Below are positions 48,945 through 58,867 of a stretch of 64,000 nt of DNA, in pieces (position 1 is the first letter of the stretch; each line of letters begins with the position of its first letter). The stretch is from the NCBI GenBank assembly GCA_963740085.1, contig CAVUCU010000001.1:800001-864000 (forward strand). The letters are read 5' to 3'. The DNA is from Nitrospirota bacterium. Its GTDB lineage: Bacteria; Nitrospirota; UBA9217. Below the pieces are notes generated by a model. The model did no database searches. It worked only from the letters and a program-made list of their open reading frames with translations, and was not told the DNA's origin. A program made the translations under genes and the position numbers.

Positions 48945-50951
48945 CTACTCCACTTTCACCCCCACCGCCAGCTCCTTCTGCTGGAGCGACCTGATCTTGT
49001 CACGCAGTTCTGCCGCTGTCTCAAAGTCCAGCTCTTTTGCCGCCGCGCGCATCTGTTTTTGAAGCGAGGCGACGTAGGCGGGGATGTTCACGGTCGGCAG
49101 ATACTCGCCCGCGTCTTCAGCGGCGATCGGAACGGTGAAGTAATCCTGCTCATACACCGTGCGCAGCGCGGCCTGGATGTTCTTCTTGATGGACTGCGGC
49201 GTGATGTTGTGCATCTGGTTGTATGCTTCCTGCACCGTGCGCCGCCGGTTGGTCTCGTTTATGGCGTTTCTCATGGAATCGGTGATCTTCTCCGCGTAGA
49301 GGATCACCTCGCCGTTCACGTGCCTTGCCGCGCGGCCCATGGTCTGGATGAGCGAGCGCGCCGAACGCAGGAACCCTTCCTTGTCGGCGTCGAGGACCGC
49401 GACGAGCGAGACCTCGGGGATGTCCAGCCCCTCGCGCAGGAGGTTGATGCCGATCAGGACATCATATTTCCCCAGGCGCAGGTCGCGGATGATGTCCACC
49501 CGTTCCAAGGTGTCGATATCGGAGTGGAGGTAAGCCACCTTCACGTTCAAGTCCTTGTAGTGTTCCGTGAGGTCCTCCGCCATGCGCTTCGTCAGCGTGG
49601 TGACGAGGACGCGCTCTTTCGACTCGGCCCTTTTTCTGATCTCGTTCAGGAGATCGTCCACCTGCCCCGTGGCCGGCCTGATCTCTATCTGCGGGTCCGT
49701 GAGGCCCGTGGGCCGGATCACCTGCTCGATGATCCTCTTGCCGGACTTCGTGACCTCGAAGTCCGCCGGCGTGGCCGACACGTACACGGTCTGGTGTACG
49801 CGCTCTTCGAACTCCTCGAAATTGAGCGGCCGGTTGTCCAGCGCAGAGGGCAGGCGGAATCCGTATTCAACGAGATTCATTTTCCTGGCCCGGTCGCCGT
49901 TGAACATGCCGCCGATCTGCGGGACAGTGGCGTGGGACTCGTCCACGACCAGGAGAAAATCCTTCGGGAAATAGTCGAGCAGGGTCGGCGGCGGTTCGCC
50001 CGGGGCCCGTCCGGAAAGATGGCGGGAATAGTTCTCGATGCCGTGGCAGTAACCCATCTCCTGGATCATCTCGAGATCGAACATCGTTCGCTGCTCGATG
50101 CGCTGCGCCTCGATCAGCTTGTTCATCCTGCGGAACTGCTGGATGCGCTCCCTGAGCTCTTCGTGGATGCCGTCGATGGCCGCCTTCATGCGCGACTCGG
50201 GGATCACGTAATGGCTGCCCGGATAGATGGCGACCTTTTCGAGCTTCTGGCGGGCCGTCCCCAGGAGCGGATCGAACACCGAGATCGTTTCGATCTCGTC
50301 ACCGAACAGCTCGACGCGGATCGCCGCGTCCTCGTAGGACGCGGGGAATATTTCGACAACGTCCCCGCGCACCCGGAAGGTGCCGCGCTGGAAATCGAAG
50401 TCGTTCCGCGAATACTGGATGTCCACGAGCTTCCGAAGGATCTCATTCCGGTCGATGCGCTGCCCCTGTTCGAGGAACAGCAGCATGCCGTGGTACGCCT
50501 CGGGCGAACCCAGGCCGTAGATGCACGAGACCGAGGAGACGACGATCACGTCGTTCCGCTCGAACAGCGAGGTGGTCGCCGAGTGTCGCATGCGGTCGAT
50601 CTGCTCGTTGATGGAGGAGTCCTTCTCGATATAGGTGTCCGTGGTAGGAAGGTATGCCTCGGGCTGGTAGTAGTCGTAGTAGGAGACGAAATACTCCACC
50701 GCGTTCTCGGGGAAAAGCTCCTTGAACTCGTTGTAGAGCTGGGCGGCAAGCGTCTTGTTGTGCGCGATCACCAGCGCGGGCTTCTGTACCTTCTCGATCA
50801 CGTTCGCCATGGTGAAGGTCTTGCCCGAACCCGTGACCCCGAGCAGGACCTGGTGTTCGAGCCCCTTGACAATGCCGTCAGCGAGCTGCTCGATCGCCTG
50901 GGGCTGGTCGCCGGTCGGCGTATAGTCCGATGTTATCTTGAATTTCGGCAT
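48945..50951 (-). CDS. uvrB: excinuclease ABC subunit B
   Basis: [32 protein letters not shown]-terminus. Confidence 0.97.
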   Translation of the reverse strand: MPKFKITSDYTPTGDQPQAIEQLADGIVKGLEHQVLLGVTGSGKTFTMANVIEKVQKPALVIAHNKTLAAQLYNEFKELFPENAVEYFVSYYDYYQPEAYLPTTDTYIEKDSSINEQIDRMRHSATTSLFERNDVIVVSSVSCIYGLGSPEAYHGMLLFLEQGQRIDRNEILRKLVDIQYSRNDFDFQRGTFRVRGDVVEIFPASYEDAAIRVELFGDEIETISVFDPLLGTARQKLEKVAIYPGSHYVIPESRMKAAIDGIHEELRERIQQFRRMNKLIEAQRIEQRTMFDLEMIQEMGYCHGIENYSRHLSGRAPGEPPPTLLDYFPKDFLLVVDESHATVPQIGGMFNGDRARKMNLVEYGFRLPSALDNRPLNFEEFEERVHQTVYVSATPADFEVTKSGKRIIEQVIRPTGLTDPQIEIRPATGQVDDLLNEIRKRAESKERVLVTTLTKRMAEDLTEHYKDLNVKVAYLHSDIDTLERVDIIRDLRLGKYDVLIGINLLREGLDIPEVSLVAVLDADKEGFLRSARSLIQTMGRAARHVNGEVILYAEKITDSMRNAINETNRRRTVQEAYNQMHNITPQSIKKNIQAALRTVYEQDYFTVPIAAEDAGEYLPTVNIPAYVASLQKQMRAAAKELDFETAAELRDKIRSLQQKELAVGVKVE

Positions 50952-51116
50952 GGACACATATTACTTGATTATAAGGGTGAGGTCAATAACGGGCGGCGCG
51001 GAAGCGCTCTATCAGAGACTTATTGCTTTTCTGCCATTATCTCTGAAACCGATGGTGTGTAAGTTCACCTCTGAAACTATCATCGTTGTCCATGCCCGTT
51101 ACTGCTCCTTTCTCTT

Positions 51117-51704
51117 TTATATTAACATGGCATTTACTGGGCGTGTCCGACAGCTTACACTGCCACTCACTGCTGGACTATCCGCATCATAAAAACGTAA
51201 CAGCGTATCTTTCCATTCTTTTGCGTACTCAATGCCGATACGTTTACTTCTTTTTATCCGCGGTCGTATTCGGGAACCGGAGAGGAGATACAACCTGTCG
51301 CCGCATAGGTCCATGCTATGGTAAGATCGGGTGATTTTGAGACCGCGCGTGAGTTTGCCCGGACCGGAAAGATCAGCTTGCCACTCATCGAGAGGTTCGG
51401 CCGCGCGGATGAGCACGGCCTGTGCTTTGCCGGTTTTACCCGCGACAATATTGAACATGTTGTACATCCCGTAGATGAGGTAGACGTACGCATGACCAGC
51501 AGGGCCGAACATGACCTCGGTCCGTTTTGTTCTGCCTTTGGAGGAGTGGGAAGCAAGGTCATTGGGGCCGAGATATGCTTCGGTTTCTACGATTCGCGCC
51601 CGGTACTCCTTGCCCCGAACACGATGCACGAGAATTGTTCCGATCAAAGCGCGCGCAAGCTTGATCGCGTCTTGATGATAAAATGACCGGCCGAGCTTTT
51701 TCAT
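51117..51704 (-). CDS. mpg: DNA-3-methyladenine glycosylase (AAG/MPG family)
   Basis: IVETEAY, YVYLIYGMY, AVLIRA, GPGKLT, RIGI. Confidence 0.9.
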   Translation of the reverse strand: MKKLGRSFYHQDAIKLARALIGTILVHRVRGKEYRARIVETEAYLGPNDLASHSSKGRTKRTEVMFGPAGHAYVYLIYGMYNMFNIVAGKTGKAQAVLIRAAEPLDEWQADLSGPGKLTRGLKITRSYHSMDLCGDRLYLLSGSRIRPRIKRSKRIGIEYAKEWKDTLLRFYDADSPAVSGSVSCRTRPVNAMLI

Positions 51705-51744
51705 AGCACTGTTACCTTACCATCAAAAACCAGAATGTTGATTT

Positions 51745-51814
51745 CCCTAACGACGCGGGTCACGCGCCGCCTTCAGGCACGTCGCTGTGGACTTGCCTTG
51801 CCACATGGTTAGGC
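51745..51814 (-). other. integron attC site (cassette of HEPN gene)
   Basis: Minus strand GCCTAAC (contains HEPN stop)...GTCCAC/GTGAC...GTTAGGG. Confidence 0.7.
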
Positions 51815-52483
51815 ACTTATCTTCTTTTTAACAGCTGAGAGTATTTCATTCGCAACCGCAATTAATAGCTTTGCATGGCCCTCGAGGATAGGACGCGTGC
51901 GACTATTCCGATTCCGTCCCAGGCTACCGTGAAAATTTATATCAAGTTCGTGTATTATTTTATTTCGAGTATCAAATATCTTTTTAAAATCTTCTTTCTT
52001 AGTTTGGAGAATTTGGGCTGAAATCCCAAGAGCTTTTGAAGTTTTAAATAGCTGGTCTACAGACTGCAAACTGCTTCCAGTTAAATAAACGACGTAGTCA
52101 TCGAGAAGGCGTTGATACGGAGAGGATGAGACAAGGAGCCGGGCCAAAAACTTAGTACCACCTGAACCTTCCAGCCCATCCTCCTCGCCCCGCAATTGCC
52201 GCTGCGCAAATGTTTCGAGTTCTTGCTGCACGGCAGAATCGGTCTTGGCAAGTAAGGGAACTGCCACACGAATTAGTTCTTTCAGCAGGGAATCAAGCCC
52301 GGCCGCGGCGAACACGAGTGCTGAGCGGAGCAAATCTTGTTCTTCGTCTGTTGGACGCCCCTGTCCTGCCCCACGGCTTTTACGAACCGTATCAAATGCT
52401 TTAAAAAAATTCTCAACCGACGCCTTTGTATGGTCAAGGACCATCTGCGCCCGCCTGGCTGGATCAGTTTGATTTGTGGCCAT
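51809..52483 (-). CDS. HEPN-domain protein (putative RNase), integron gene cassette
   Basis: RNKIIH (Rx4H) motif; lower GC; bounded by GTTAGGC...GCCTAAC. Confidence 0.75.
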   Translation of the reverse strand: MATNQTDPARRAQMVLDHTKASVENFFKAFDTVRKSRGAGQGRPTDEEQDLLRSALVFAAAGLDSLLKELIRVAVPLLAKTDSAVQQELETFAQRQLRGEEDGLEGSGGTKFLARLLVSSSPYQRLLDDYVVYLTGSSLQSVDQLFKTSKALGISAQILQTKKEDFKKIFDTRNKIIHELDINFHGSLGRNRNSRTRPILEGHAKLLIAVANEILSAVKKKISA

Positions 52484-52505
52484 AAGGAATAACCTCCCGA
52501 ATGGG

Positions 52506-52556
52506 GCCTAACGCGAAGATGAGCAGCGATTCGTCGGCTCGATCTTCTGGTTGGAA
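52506..52556 (-). other. integron attC site
   Basis: TTCCAAC-cagaa-GATCGAGC...GCTCATC-ttcgc-GTTAGGC with an extrahelical base in L''. Confidence 0.85.
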
Positions 52557-52606
52557 TGTCTTTTATCTTTTTCGTGTTGGAGAGTATATGAGCCCTATTA
52601 AATAAT

Positions 52607-53005
52607 TTATGGCTTCATCGGAGCGTGTTTACGTTGCGATATTGGTTTTTTCTGTGTCGATATTGGTGACGAATTTGGCGTCGTTGTTGTTGACGGAGCG
52701 GACGCGGGAGAGGACACGCGAGAATATTTTGAATCTCGAATATCGGCTCTCCATTGTAGAGCAAGCGCTGCAATCGAAATAGCAAGGGCTGCAACGACTA
52801 AATAAAAAGTCCATTTTCGTGTCCAGTGTGGAATGGTTAATTTTTTTACGTCAGCCCGCACCTGCTGTATGTCAGCTTGTAATTTACGTTGTTCCAGTTC
52901 AATAATTGCATCGGTCTGAGGCTGACAGCCTTTGTTGTTTGGATTGTCTCGTGTTCTTATTAACTCTTCTTCTGTCATGTGAGCATAAGGTCGAATTGGT
53001 GGCAT
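52607..53005 (-). CDS. hypothetical single-TM protein, integron gene cassette
   Basis: RBS AAGGAG; coiled coil plus TM plus S/T/P tail; bounded by GTTGGAA...TTCCAAC. Confidence 0.6.
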   Translation of the reverse strand: MPPIRPYAHMTEEELIRTRDNPNNKGCQPQTDAIIELEQRKLQADIQQVRADVKKLTIPHWTRKWTFYLVVAALAISIAALALQWRADIRDSKYSRVSSPASAPSTTTTPNSSPISTQKKPISQRKHAPMKP

Positions 53006-53339
53006 ATTCTTCTCCTTTGCTTTTGACTTTGTGGCCCGATGACCCCTTGTGGGAGTCGAGCGTGTGGTTGGAAAATTCCAACCAGATATTATCGGTACGA
53101 AATACAGTAACATGGATTGCTGGTGTGGTCAATGAATTTAGGAATAAGGTTGACGTATCCAGCTGAATTCATTTGAATATGATCAAAAGACTACTATTCA
53201 ATAAATGGAACATCTGCGGAAATAAATTAATATGCAAATACGGATATAGCTTTTCAAGGTAGGCCAACAGATGGAACATTATCCGGATAATAACAACCGG
53301 TTGCTGTTCCGGGTAGGCGAGAGTTAGAGCGAATAAACT

Positions 53340-53369
53340 TTGCCATATTGGGGCAGCCCAATATGGCAA
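53340..53369. terminator. hairpin downstream of secA
   Basis: TTGCCATATTGGG-GCAG-CCCAATATGGCAA. Confidence 0.7.
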
Positions 53370-53417
53370 CTTTATCTTATGGAAAAAATAATTTTACACT
53401 ATGTGCGAACTGATACC

Positions 53418-56055
53418 TTACTTCCCATGGCACTTCTTATACTTCTTCCCGCTCCCGCACGGGCAGGGATCGTTCCTGCCGACCTTCGCGCCCACGTGCA
53501 CGGGCTCCGCGGGCTTGGCTGCCGCGTCTCCGGCGCCGACGAAGCTGAGGTTGGCGACCTGGCGCTTCTGCTTCCGCTCGATCTCTTCGCCCTGCTCCTT
53601 GGCGGCGACCTTGATCCTGAAGAGGTTCTCGACCGTGGATTCGACGATGCGCAGCTTCATCTCATCGAACATGTTGAAGCCTTCTTTTTTGTATTCGATG
53701 AGCGGATCCATTTGACCGTAACCGCGAAGCCCGATGCCTTCCTTTAAATGGTCCATGGCGAGCAGGTGGTCCTTCCACTGGTGGTCGACGGCCTGCAGCA
53801 TGAAGACCTTCTCGAGGTGGCGCATGAGCTCGGACCCGATCTGCTGCTCCTTGGCGTCATAGCTCTGCTTCAGCGCTTCCCACAGCTTGTCACGAAAATC
53901 TTCGCGCGGCAGGGACTGGGGGTCGAGGTCGCCCGCATGATACGCAAATTTGGCCGCGAGCACGTCCTTGAGGCCGGTGACATCCCAGGTCTCGGGATAG
54001 GCGCCCGCGGGACAGTAGAAATCGACCATCCCGTCGAGCATGTCTTCGGCCAGGCCGAGCACTTCTTCCTTGAGGTCCGTGCCCGACAGAAGCTGGCGGC
54101 GCTGCTCGTAGATCACCTTCCTCTGCTGGTCCATGACGTCGTCGTATTCGAGAACGTGCTTGCGCATATCGAAGTTGTGATTTTCAACCTTCTTCTGCGC
54201 GTTCTCGATGGCCCTCGAAACCATGCGGTGTTCGATCGGCACGTCCTCTTCCATGCCGAGCCTGCCCATAAGGCCCGCGATACGGTCTGACCCGAAGATC
54301 CTCGAGAAGGTCGTCCTCGAGCGAAAGGTAGAACCGCGAAGAGCCGGGGTCGCCCTGGCGGCCTGAACGGCCGCGAAGCTGGTTGTCGATCCGGCGCGCC
54401 TCATGCCGTTCCGTGCCGAGGATGTGAAGCCCGCCCGCGGCAATGACCTTCTCTTTTTCGTCGGCGCAGAGCGCCGTGCACTCCGCAAGCGTCTTGTCCC
54501 ACTGTTCCTTCGTGTACTCCTTGCCCTTCAGCATCTGGCGCGCGAGCCCCTCGGGATTGCCTCCCAGCACGATGTCGGTGCCGCGGCCCGCCATGTTCGT
54601 GGCGATCGTGACCGCAGCGTAGCGGCCCGCCTGCGCCACGATCTCCGCCTCCATTTCGTGGTACTTGGCGTTCAGCACCGTATGCCGGATGCCCTTTTTC
54701 TTGAGCAGCGCCGCGAGGGCCTCGGATTTGACGATCGAGATGGTGCCCACGAGCACCGGCTGGCCTTTTTTGTGCAGCGCTTCGATCTCTTTGATGGTCG
54801 AATTGAACTTCCCCTGCTCGGTCTTGTAAATGAAATCGGGGCTGTCGATACGGATCATGGGTTGGTGCGTCGGGATCATGAGCACGTCGAGGTTGTAGAT
54901 CTTCGCGAATTCCGCGGATTCGGTCTCCGCCGTGCCGGTCATGCCCGCGAGCTTGCTGTAGAGCCGGAAATAGTTCTGGAACGTGATCGAGGCGAGCGTC
55001 TGGTTCTCATTCTCGATCTTGACGTTCTCTTTGGCCTCAATGGCCTGGTGCAGTCCGTCGCTCCAGCGCCTGCCGGGCATGAGCCTGCCCGTGAACTCGT
55101 CCACGATCATCACCTGGTCGTCCTTGACCACGTAGTCCACGTCGCGATTGAACAGGGCATGGGCCTTCAGCGCCTGGTGCACATGATGTACGAGGTCCAC
55201 GTTCTCAGGGTCATACAAATTGCCGGCGCCGAGCATCTTCTCCACCTTGATGTTGCCCTCTTCGGTCAGGGCCGCGGTCTTTGTCTTTTCCTCGATGGTG
55301 TAGTCGACGTCCTTCTTCAGGCTCGGGATGATGCGGTTGATCTTGTAATACTTGTCCGTGGAATCTTCCGTGGGACCGGAGATGATGAGCGGGGTCCTGG
55401 CCTCGTCGATGAGGATCGAATCCACCTCGTCCACGATGGCAAAGTTGAGCTCGCGCTGGGCATATTCCGCGAGGTCGAATTTCATATTATCGCGCAGATA
55501 GTCGAAACCGAACTCATTGTTCGTCCCGTAGGTCACGTCGGAGCCGTAGGCCTGCTGCCGCTGTTCATCATTCAGGCCATGGACTATCACGCCCACGGTC
55601 AGGCCGAGGAAGGTATAGACCGACCCCATCCACTGGGCGTCACGCCGGGCAAGGTAGTCGTTCACCGTCACCACATGCACTCCCTTGCCGGTGAGACTGT
55701 TCAAGTATACCGGCAGCGTGGCGACAAGGGTCTTGCCTTCACCGGTCCTCATCTCCGCGATCTTCCCCTGGTGCAGCACGATGCCGCCGATAAGCTGTAC
55801 ATCGAAGTGACGCATGCCGAGCGTCCGTTTGGAGGCCTCGCGTACTACGGCAAAGGCCTCGGGAAGGATATCGTCGAGCTGCTCCCCGTCCTCGAGTCTC
55901 TTTTTGAACTCGTCGGTCTTGGCCCGCAAGTCAGCGTCCGAGAGGCCGGCAATCCCGCTCTCGAGCGCGTTGATCTCGTCCACCGCCGTCTGAATGCGCT
56001 TCAGTTCCCGCTCATTCGCGGTGCCGAATACTTTTTTAAGAATCGATCCGATCAT
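53418..56055 (-). CDS. secA: preprotein translocase subunit SecA (one frameshift near 54305)
   Basis: [39 protein letters not shown]-terminal [18 protein letters not shown]. Confidence 0.95.
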
Positions 56056-56256
56056 CTCTGTTCTCTCCACCGGGGGTAAGCTTATGTGACAGCTTTGCAT
56101 ATTATCATTTTTATGCAGGAATTCAAGAGAATAATCTTGCTGATCTCTATCTTTCAAGAGTCCTGTGGACAAGATGCCGAGTCTTCATAAATCAAGGGGG
56201 ATTATTTGCATGACCGGGGGAAATGCTCACGGTTTGATGAAATGGACAGGAAGTTT

Positions 56257-56368
56257 GATGGGTTCGTAATTTCACCGCTGAGGCGCAGAGGCGCAGAGAA
56301 GAACTTTTAGTTTCAATATGCCTTTCTCCGTGTCTCCGCGGTAGATCATGACTTTTTATGAGATCATC
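56257..56368. mobile_element. MITE family B-related element with a different core
   Basis: GATGGGTTCGTAA...GACTTTTTATGAGATCATC; core GGCGCAGAGGCGCAGAG / CTCCGTGTCTCCGCGGT. Confidence 0.65.
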
Positions 56369-56402
56369 AGGATTTAAAAGACGGCAGGCGGGAAATTACT
56401 TC

Positions 56403-56651
56403 TCAGCCCTTGCCCTTGGCGGCCTTCAGGAGCCTTTCGAGCTTCTCAACGCCGACGCATTCCTTGGCATAGGCGCACCACTCGACGCAGGACGTGCCGA
56501 TCGGCCGGGCGTTCAGATGGCCGCACTTCTTGCAGGCGGTATCCGGTTCGTCGCTCCAGATCTCGATCTTTTCGCCGCACTTCTGGCACCGGATGTCTTC
56601 CGGTTTTGGCGACCGTATCTCAATGCTTCCTGGACAACCTTCTTTAAACAT
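56403..56651 (-). CDS. small Cys-rich zinc-ribbon-like protein
   Basis: CPG, CxxC EIWSDE, CxxC, CVEWC..AKEC. Confidence 0.75.
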   Translation of the reverse strand: MFKEGCPGSIEIRSPKPEDIRCQKCGEKIEIWSDEPDTACKKCGHLNARPIGTSCVEWCAYAKECVGVEKLERLLKAAKGKG

Positions 56652-56910
56652 GACCCTACTCTACGCCCGTCGCGAAAAAAGAACTATGACCTAAATCATA
56701 TCGCGGGAAGGCGAAACCATCGGAAACAGCAAACGGTAATGACGCACCGTAAATCGTCGGTTCGGCTCCCGGCGCCGTCTTGAAAACACGAACGATATTA
56801 CTACCTGACGAAACGGGCCTCGCGACCGAATCCGAACGAAGAAAAATGAAACAACATTCTCACAAAAACTGTCACTCCCTATGCAGAAATATCACAGGAC
56901 AACGCGGAGA

Positions 56911-57720
56911 TCACTCTTTAACGGTCTCCTTGACGGAGTCCGTTATCTGGATCTTGAAATTATAGGGAATGATCTGACGGTTGATCTCCACGGGGATAAA
57001 GAGGACGACGGACTTCCCCTTCAGGCCCGCCGCAACATCGCTTTCGAGCGGGAACAGGGGGCGGATATCATAGCCCTTTCGCTGCGGCAACATATACACA
57101 TTGCTGACCGGGATCACGGTCTCCTGCACCGAGCTCCGGGACAGCACAACCTGGTCGGGAAGGGGGTTGTTCCGGTCCCGGAAGCGTATGCCGGAATGCA
57201 TCAGCCGCTTTGCTTGTCTGCTCAGGTCCGTATATTCGGCGCGGTCCCACAGGATTTTCAGATCATAGCGGCTGAGGTTCTCAAAATGCATCAAGTAACC
57301 CTGCTCAACGACGGTAAAGGAGACGGATATATTCTTGTCGTGGAAACGGAGCTCCTTGGACACCACGGGGCTGACGAGCCGATACGACAGCGTGTATCTG
57401 ACGACGTCACGCAGGATCTTCTCCAGCTTGATATTCAGGGTATCGCCTTCCTTGATGTCGCGAAGCGAAAGGGTCTTCTGCTGATAGTTGTCCTTGCTCA
57501 CCTCAAGGACCGCCTTAGCCGAAAGCGCGGGGTCCTTCGGCACCCCGGCCGTAATGGTCGCGGGCGAGCGGTACAGCCGCTCCTTCAACTCCACGCCCGA
57601 AACGACCCTGATGGTCGAATCCGGCGGGTCCGCAAAGACCTTGAAGTTCTTCGCCACCACGCTTGAACATCCCGAAACAGCAAGTGCGGCGACGAGTGCA
57701 ACAAGAATATATTTTTTCAT
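56911..57720 (-). CDS. hypothetical lipoprotein
   Basis: Lipobox VSGC; RBS GGAGG. Confidence 0.75.
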   Translation of the reverse strand: MKKYILVALVAALAVSGCSSVVAKNFKVFADPPDSTIRVVSGVELKERLYRSPATITAGVPKDPALSAKAVLEVSKDNYQQKTLSLRDIKEGDTLNIKLEKILRDVVRYTLSYRLVSPVVSKELRFHDKNISVSFTVVEQGYLMHFENLSRYDLKILWDRAEYTDLSRQAKRLMHSGIRFRDRNNPLPDQVVLSRSSVQETVIPVSNVYMLPQRKGYDIRPLFPLESDVAAGLKGKSVVLFIPVEINRQIIPYNFKIQITDSVKETVKE

Positions 57721-57922
57721 CCTTCCCTCCTCCACTATGCAAACAGGCCTTGACAGGATTGTGCTATAATAACACATCAGCCACAGCCTGTCATAAAAAA
57801 ACAATGATTTCATGGCGAACTCCATCTTGCCACCGGCGGTCAAATGGCTCTTTTCCCCTGTCTTTGACCCGTTTCGATGGGCCTAAAACGTTGAAATTTT
57901 CTTCGGTTCCTGACAAATTGTC

Positions 57923-57951
57923 TTGAATTTGCTTTAATACATTACTATAAT
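57923..57951 (+). promoter_or_regulatory. sigma70-type promoter
   Basis: TTGAAT-N17-TATAAT. Confidence 0.65.
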
Positions 57952-57992
57952 ACGTCTCCAAGTTGCCCACACTGTGCAGGAGGGAGTAATCT

Positions 57993-58616
57993 ATGGCTGT
58001 AAAAAAAGTCGCAAAGAAGAAAAAGGCCGCGAAGCCCGCGAGAACCGCCGTAAAAAAGACGGTTAAAAAAGCCGTGAAGAGATCCGGTGCAAAGAAGAGC
58101 ATGGTCAAAAAGAAAACGGCCGGCAAAGCCGCCGGAAGGATCGCCCCAAAAACAGCGAAAAAGGCCGTTAAGCCGGCATCCTCCGCAATGTCCGCACCGC
58201 CCAAACGGCGAATATCCCTGGCCGAGCGAAAACGGAACGAGCTGCTGAAAAAATTCCTCCTCAAGATACGGAACGAGGTCGTGGAAGGCCTGGAAATCCA
58301 GATGGGACGCAAACTGGTCCGTGAGACGGGACAGAAGATCGACTCGGCAATGGACAGCGCCGACCAGTCAGCGCTCGACATGGACCAGGGCATCGATTAC
58401 TCGCTCCTGGAAATGAAATATGAGCAGTACAAGGACATTGCCGATGCCTTCCGCAAGCTCCAGAACAATACCTATGGACAATGCGAGGAGTGCGGCGAAG
58501 AGATCGATATCAAGCGCCTTGCGGTGAACCCCCTTGCCCGGTACTGCGTTGCCTGCAAGACGAACAAAGAGAAGCTGGAAAATATCCAGAAGGAAGAGAC
58601 GAGGTTCAAGGAATAA
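57993..58616 (+). CDS. DksA/TraR C4 zinc-finger protein with Lys/Ala-rich N-terminal extension
   Basis: DSADQS coiled-coil tip, YGQCEECGEEI..KRL..P.ARYCVAC. Confidence 0.88.
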   Translation: MAVKKVAKKKKAAKPARTAVKKTVKKAVKRSGAKKSMVKKKTAGKAAGRIAPKTAKKAVKPASSAMSAPPKRRISLAERKRNELLKKFLLKIRNEVVEGLEIQMGRKLVRETGQKIDSAMDSADQSALDMDQGIDYSLLEMKYEQYKDIADAFRKLQNNTYGQCEECGEEIDIKRLAVNPLARYCVACKTNKEKLENIQKEETRFKE

Positions 58617-58685
58617 TTTAATAAGAACCAGGTTTACATCGGACAGAGAGGACAGATCAGACCGATATCCACTCGCTAGTTTTTC

Positions 58686-58714
58686 TTGACAAATCGACCA
58701 TTATACAGTATCGT
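58686..58714 (+). promoter_or_regulatory. sigma70-type promoter of tRNA-tilS operon
   Basis: TTGACA-N17-TATCGT. Confidence 0.6.
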
Positions 58715-58734
58715 GTGCCTCTGATTTTTCTCGT

Positions 58735-58810
58735 GGCGGTGTAGCTCAGCTGGTAGAGCAGGGGAATCATAATCCCTGTGTCCGGGGTTCGAGTCCCTGC
58801 ACCGCCACCA
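58735..58810 (+). tRNA. tRNA with CAT anticodon (most likely elongator tRNA-Met)
   Basis: Cloverleaf GGCGGTG/CACCGCC, anticodon loop ATCATAA, TTCGAGT, CCA end. Confidence 0.93.
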
Positions 58811-58867
58811 TTTTTTCTCTTCTCTTTTTCTCATCATAATCATAATTAACTGACCGCATAGCAAGAT

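Larger units (their letters stand above)
51745..53329 (-). mobile_element. CALIN-like attC cassette array without integrase in window
   Basis: Two clear attC sites plus degenerate ones at 53076-53155 and 53262-53329. Confidence 0.7.

Noticed and set aside
48882-51062. 726-aa + strand ORF
   Set aside because: Antisense shadow of uvrB in GC-rich DNA; no motifs
53169-53369. 66-aa ORF downstream of secA
   Set aside because: Starts inside a palindrome and spans attC-like sites; likely non-coding
53418-56055. secA as pseudogene or programmed frameshift
   Set aside because: Essential gene, both halves intact, no slippery site; a single extra base is best explained as sequencing error
54403-56079. 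558-aa + strand ORF (likewise 40437-42128 and 3410-4813)
   Set aside because: Antisense shadows of secA, the acyl-ligase and the response regulator
56403-56405. Sec read-through of the Cys-rich protein's TGA (also the CDGSH gene's TGA)
   Set aside because: No SECIS-like hairpin and no motif continuation
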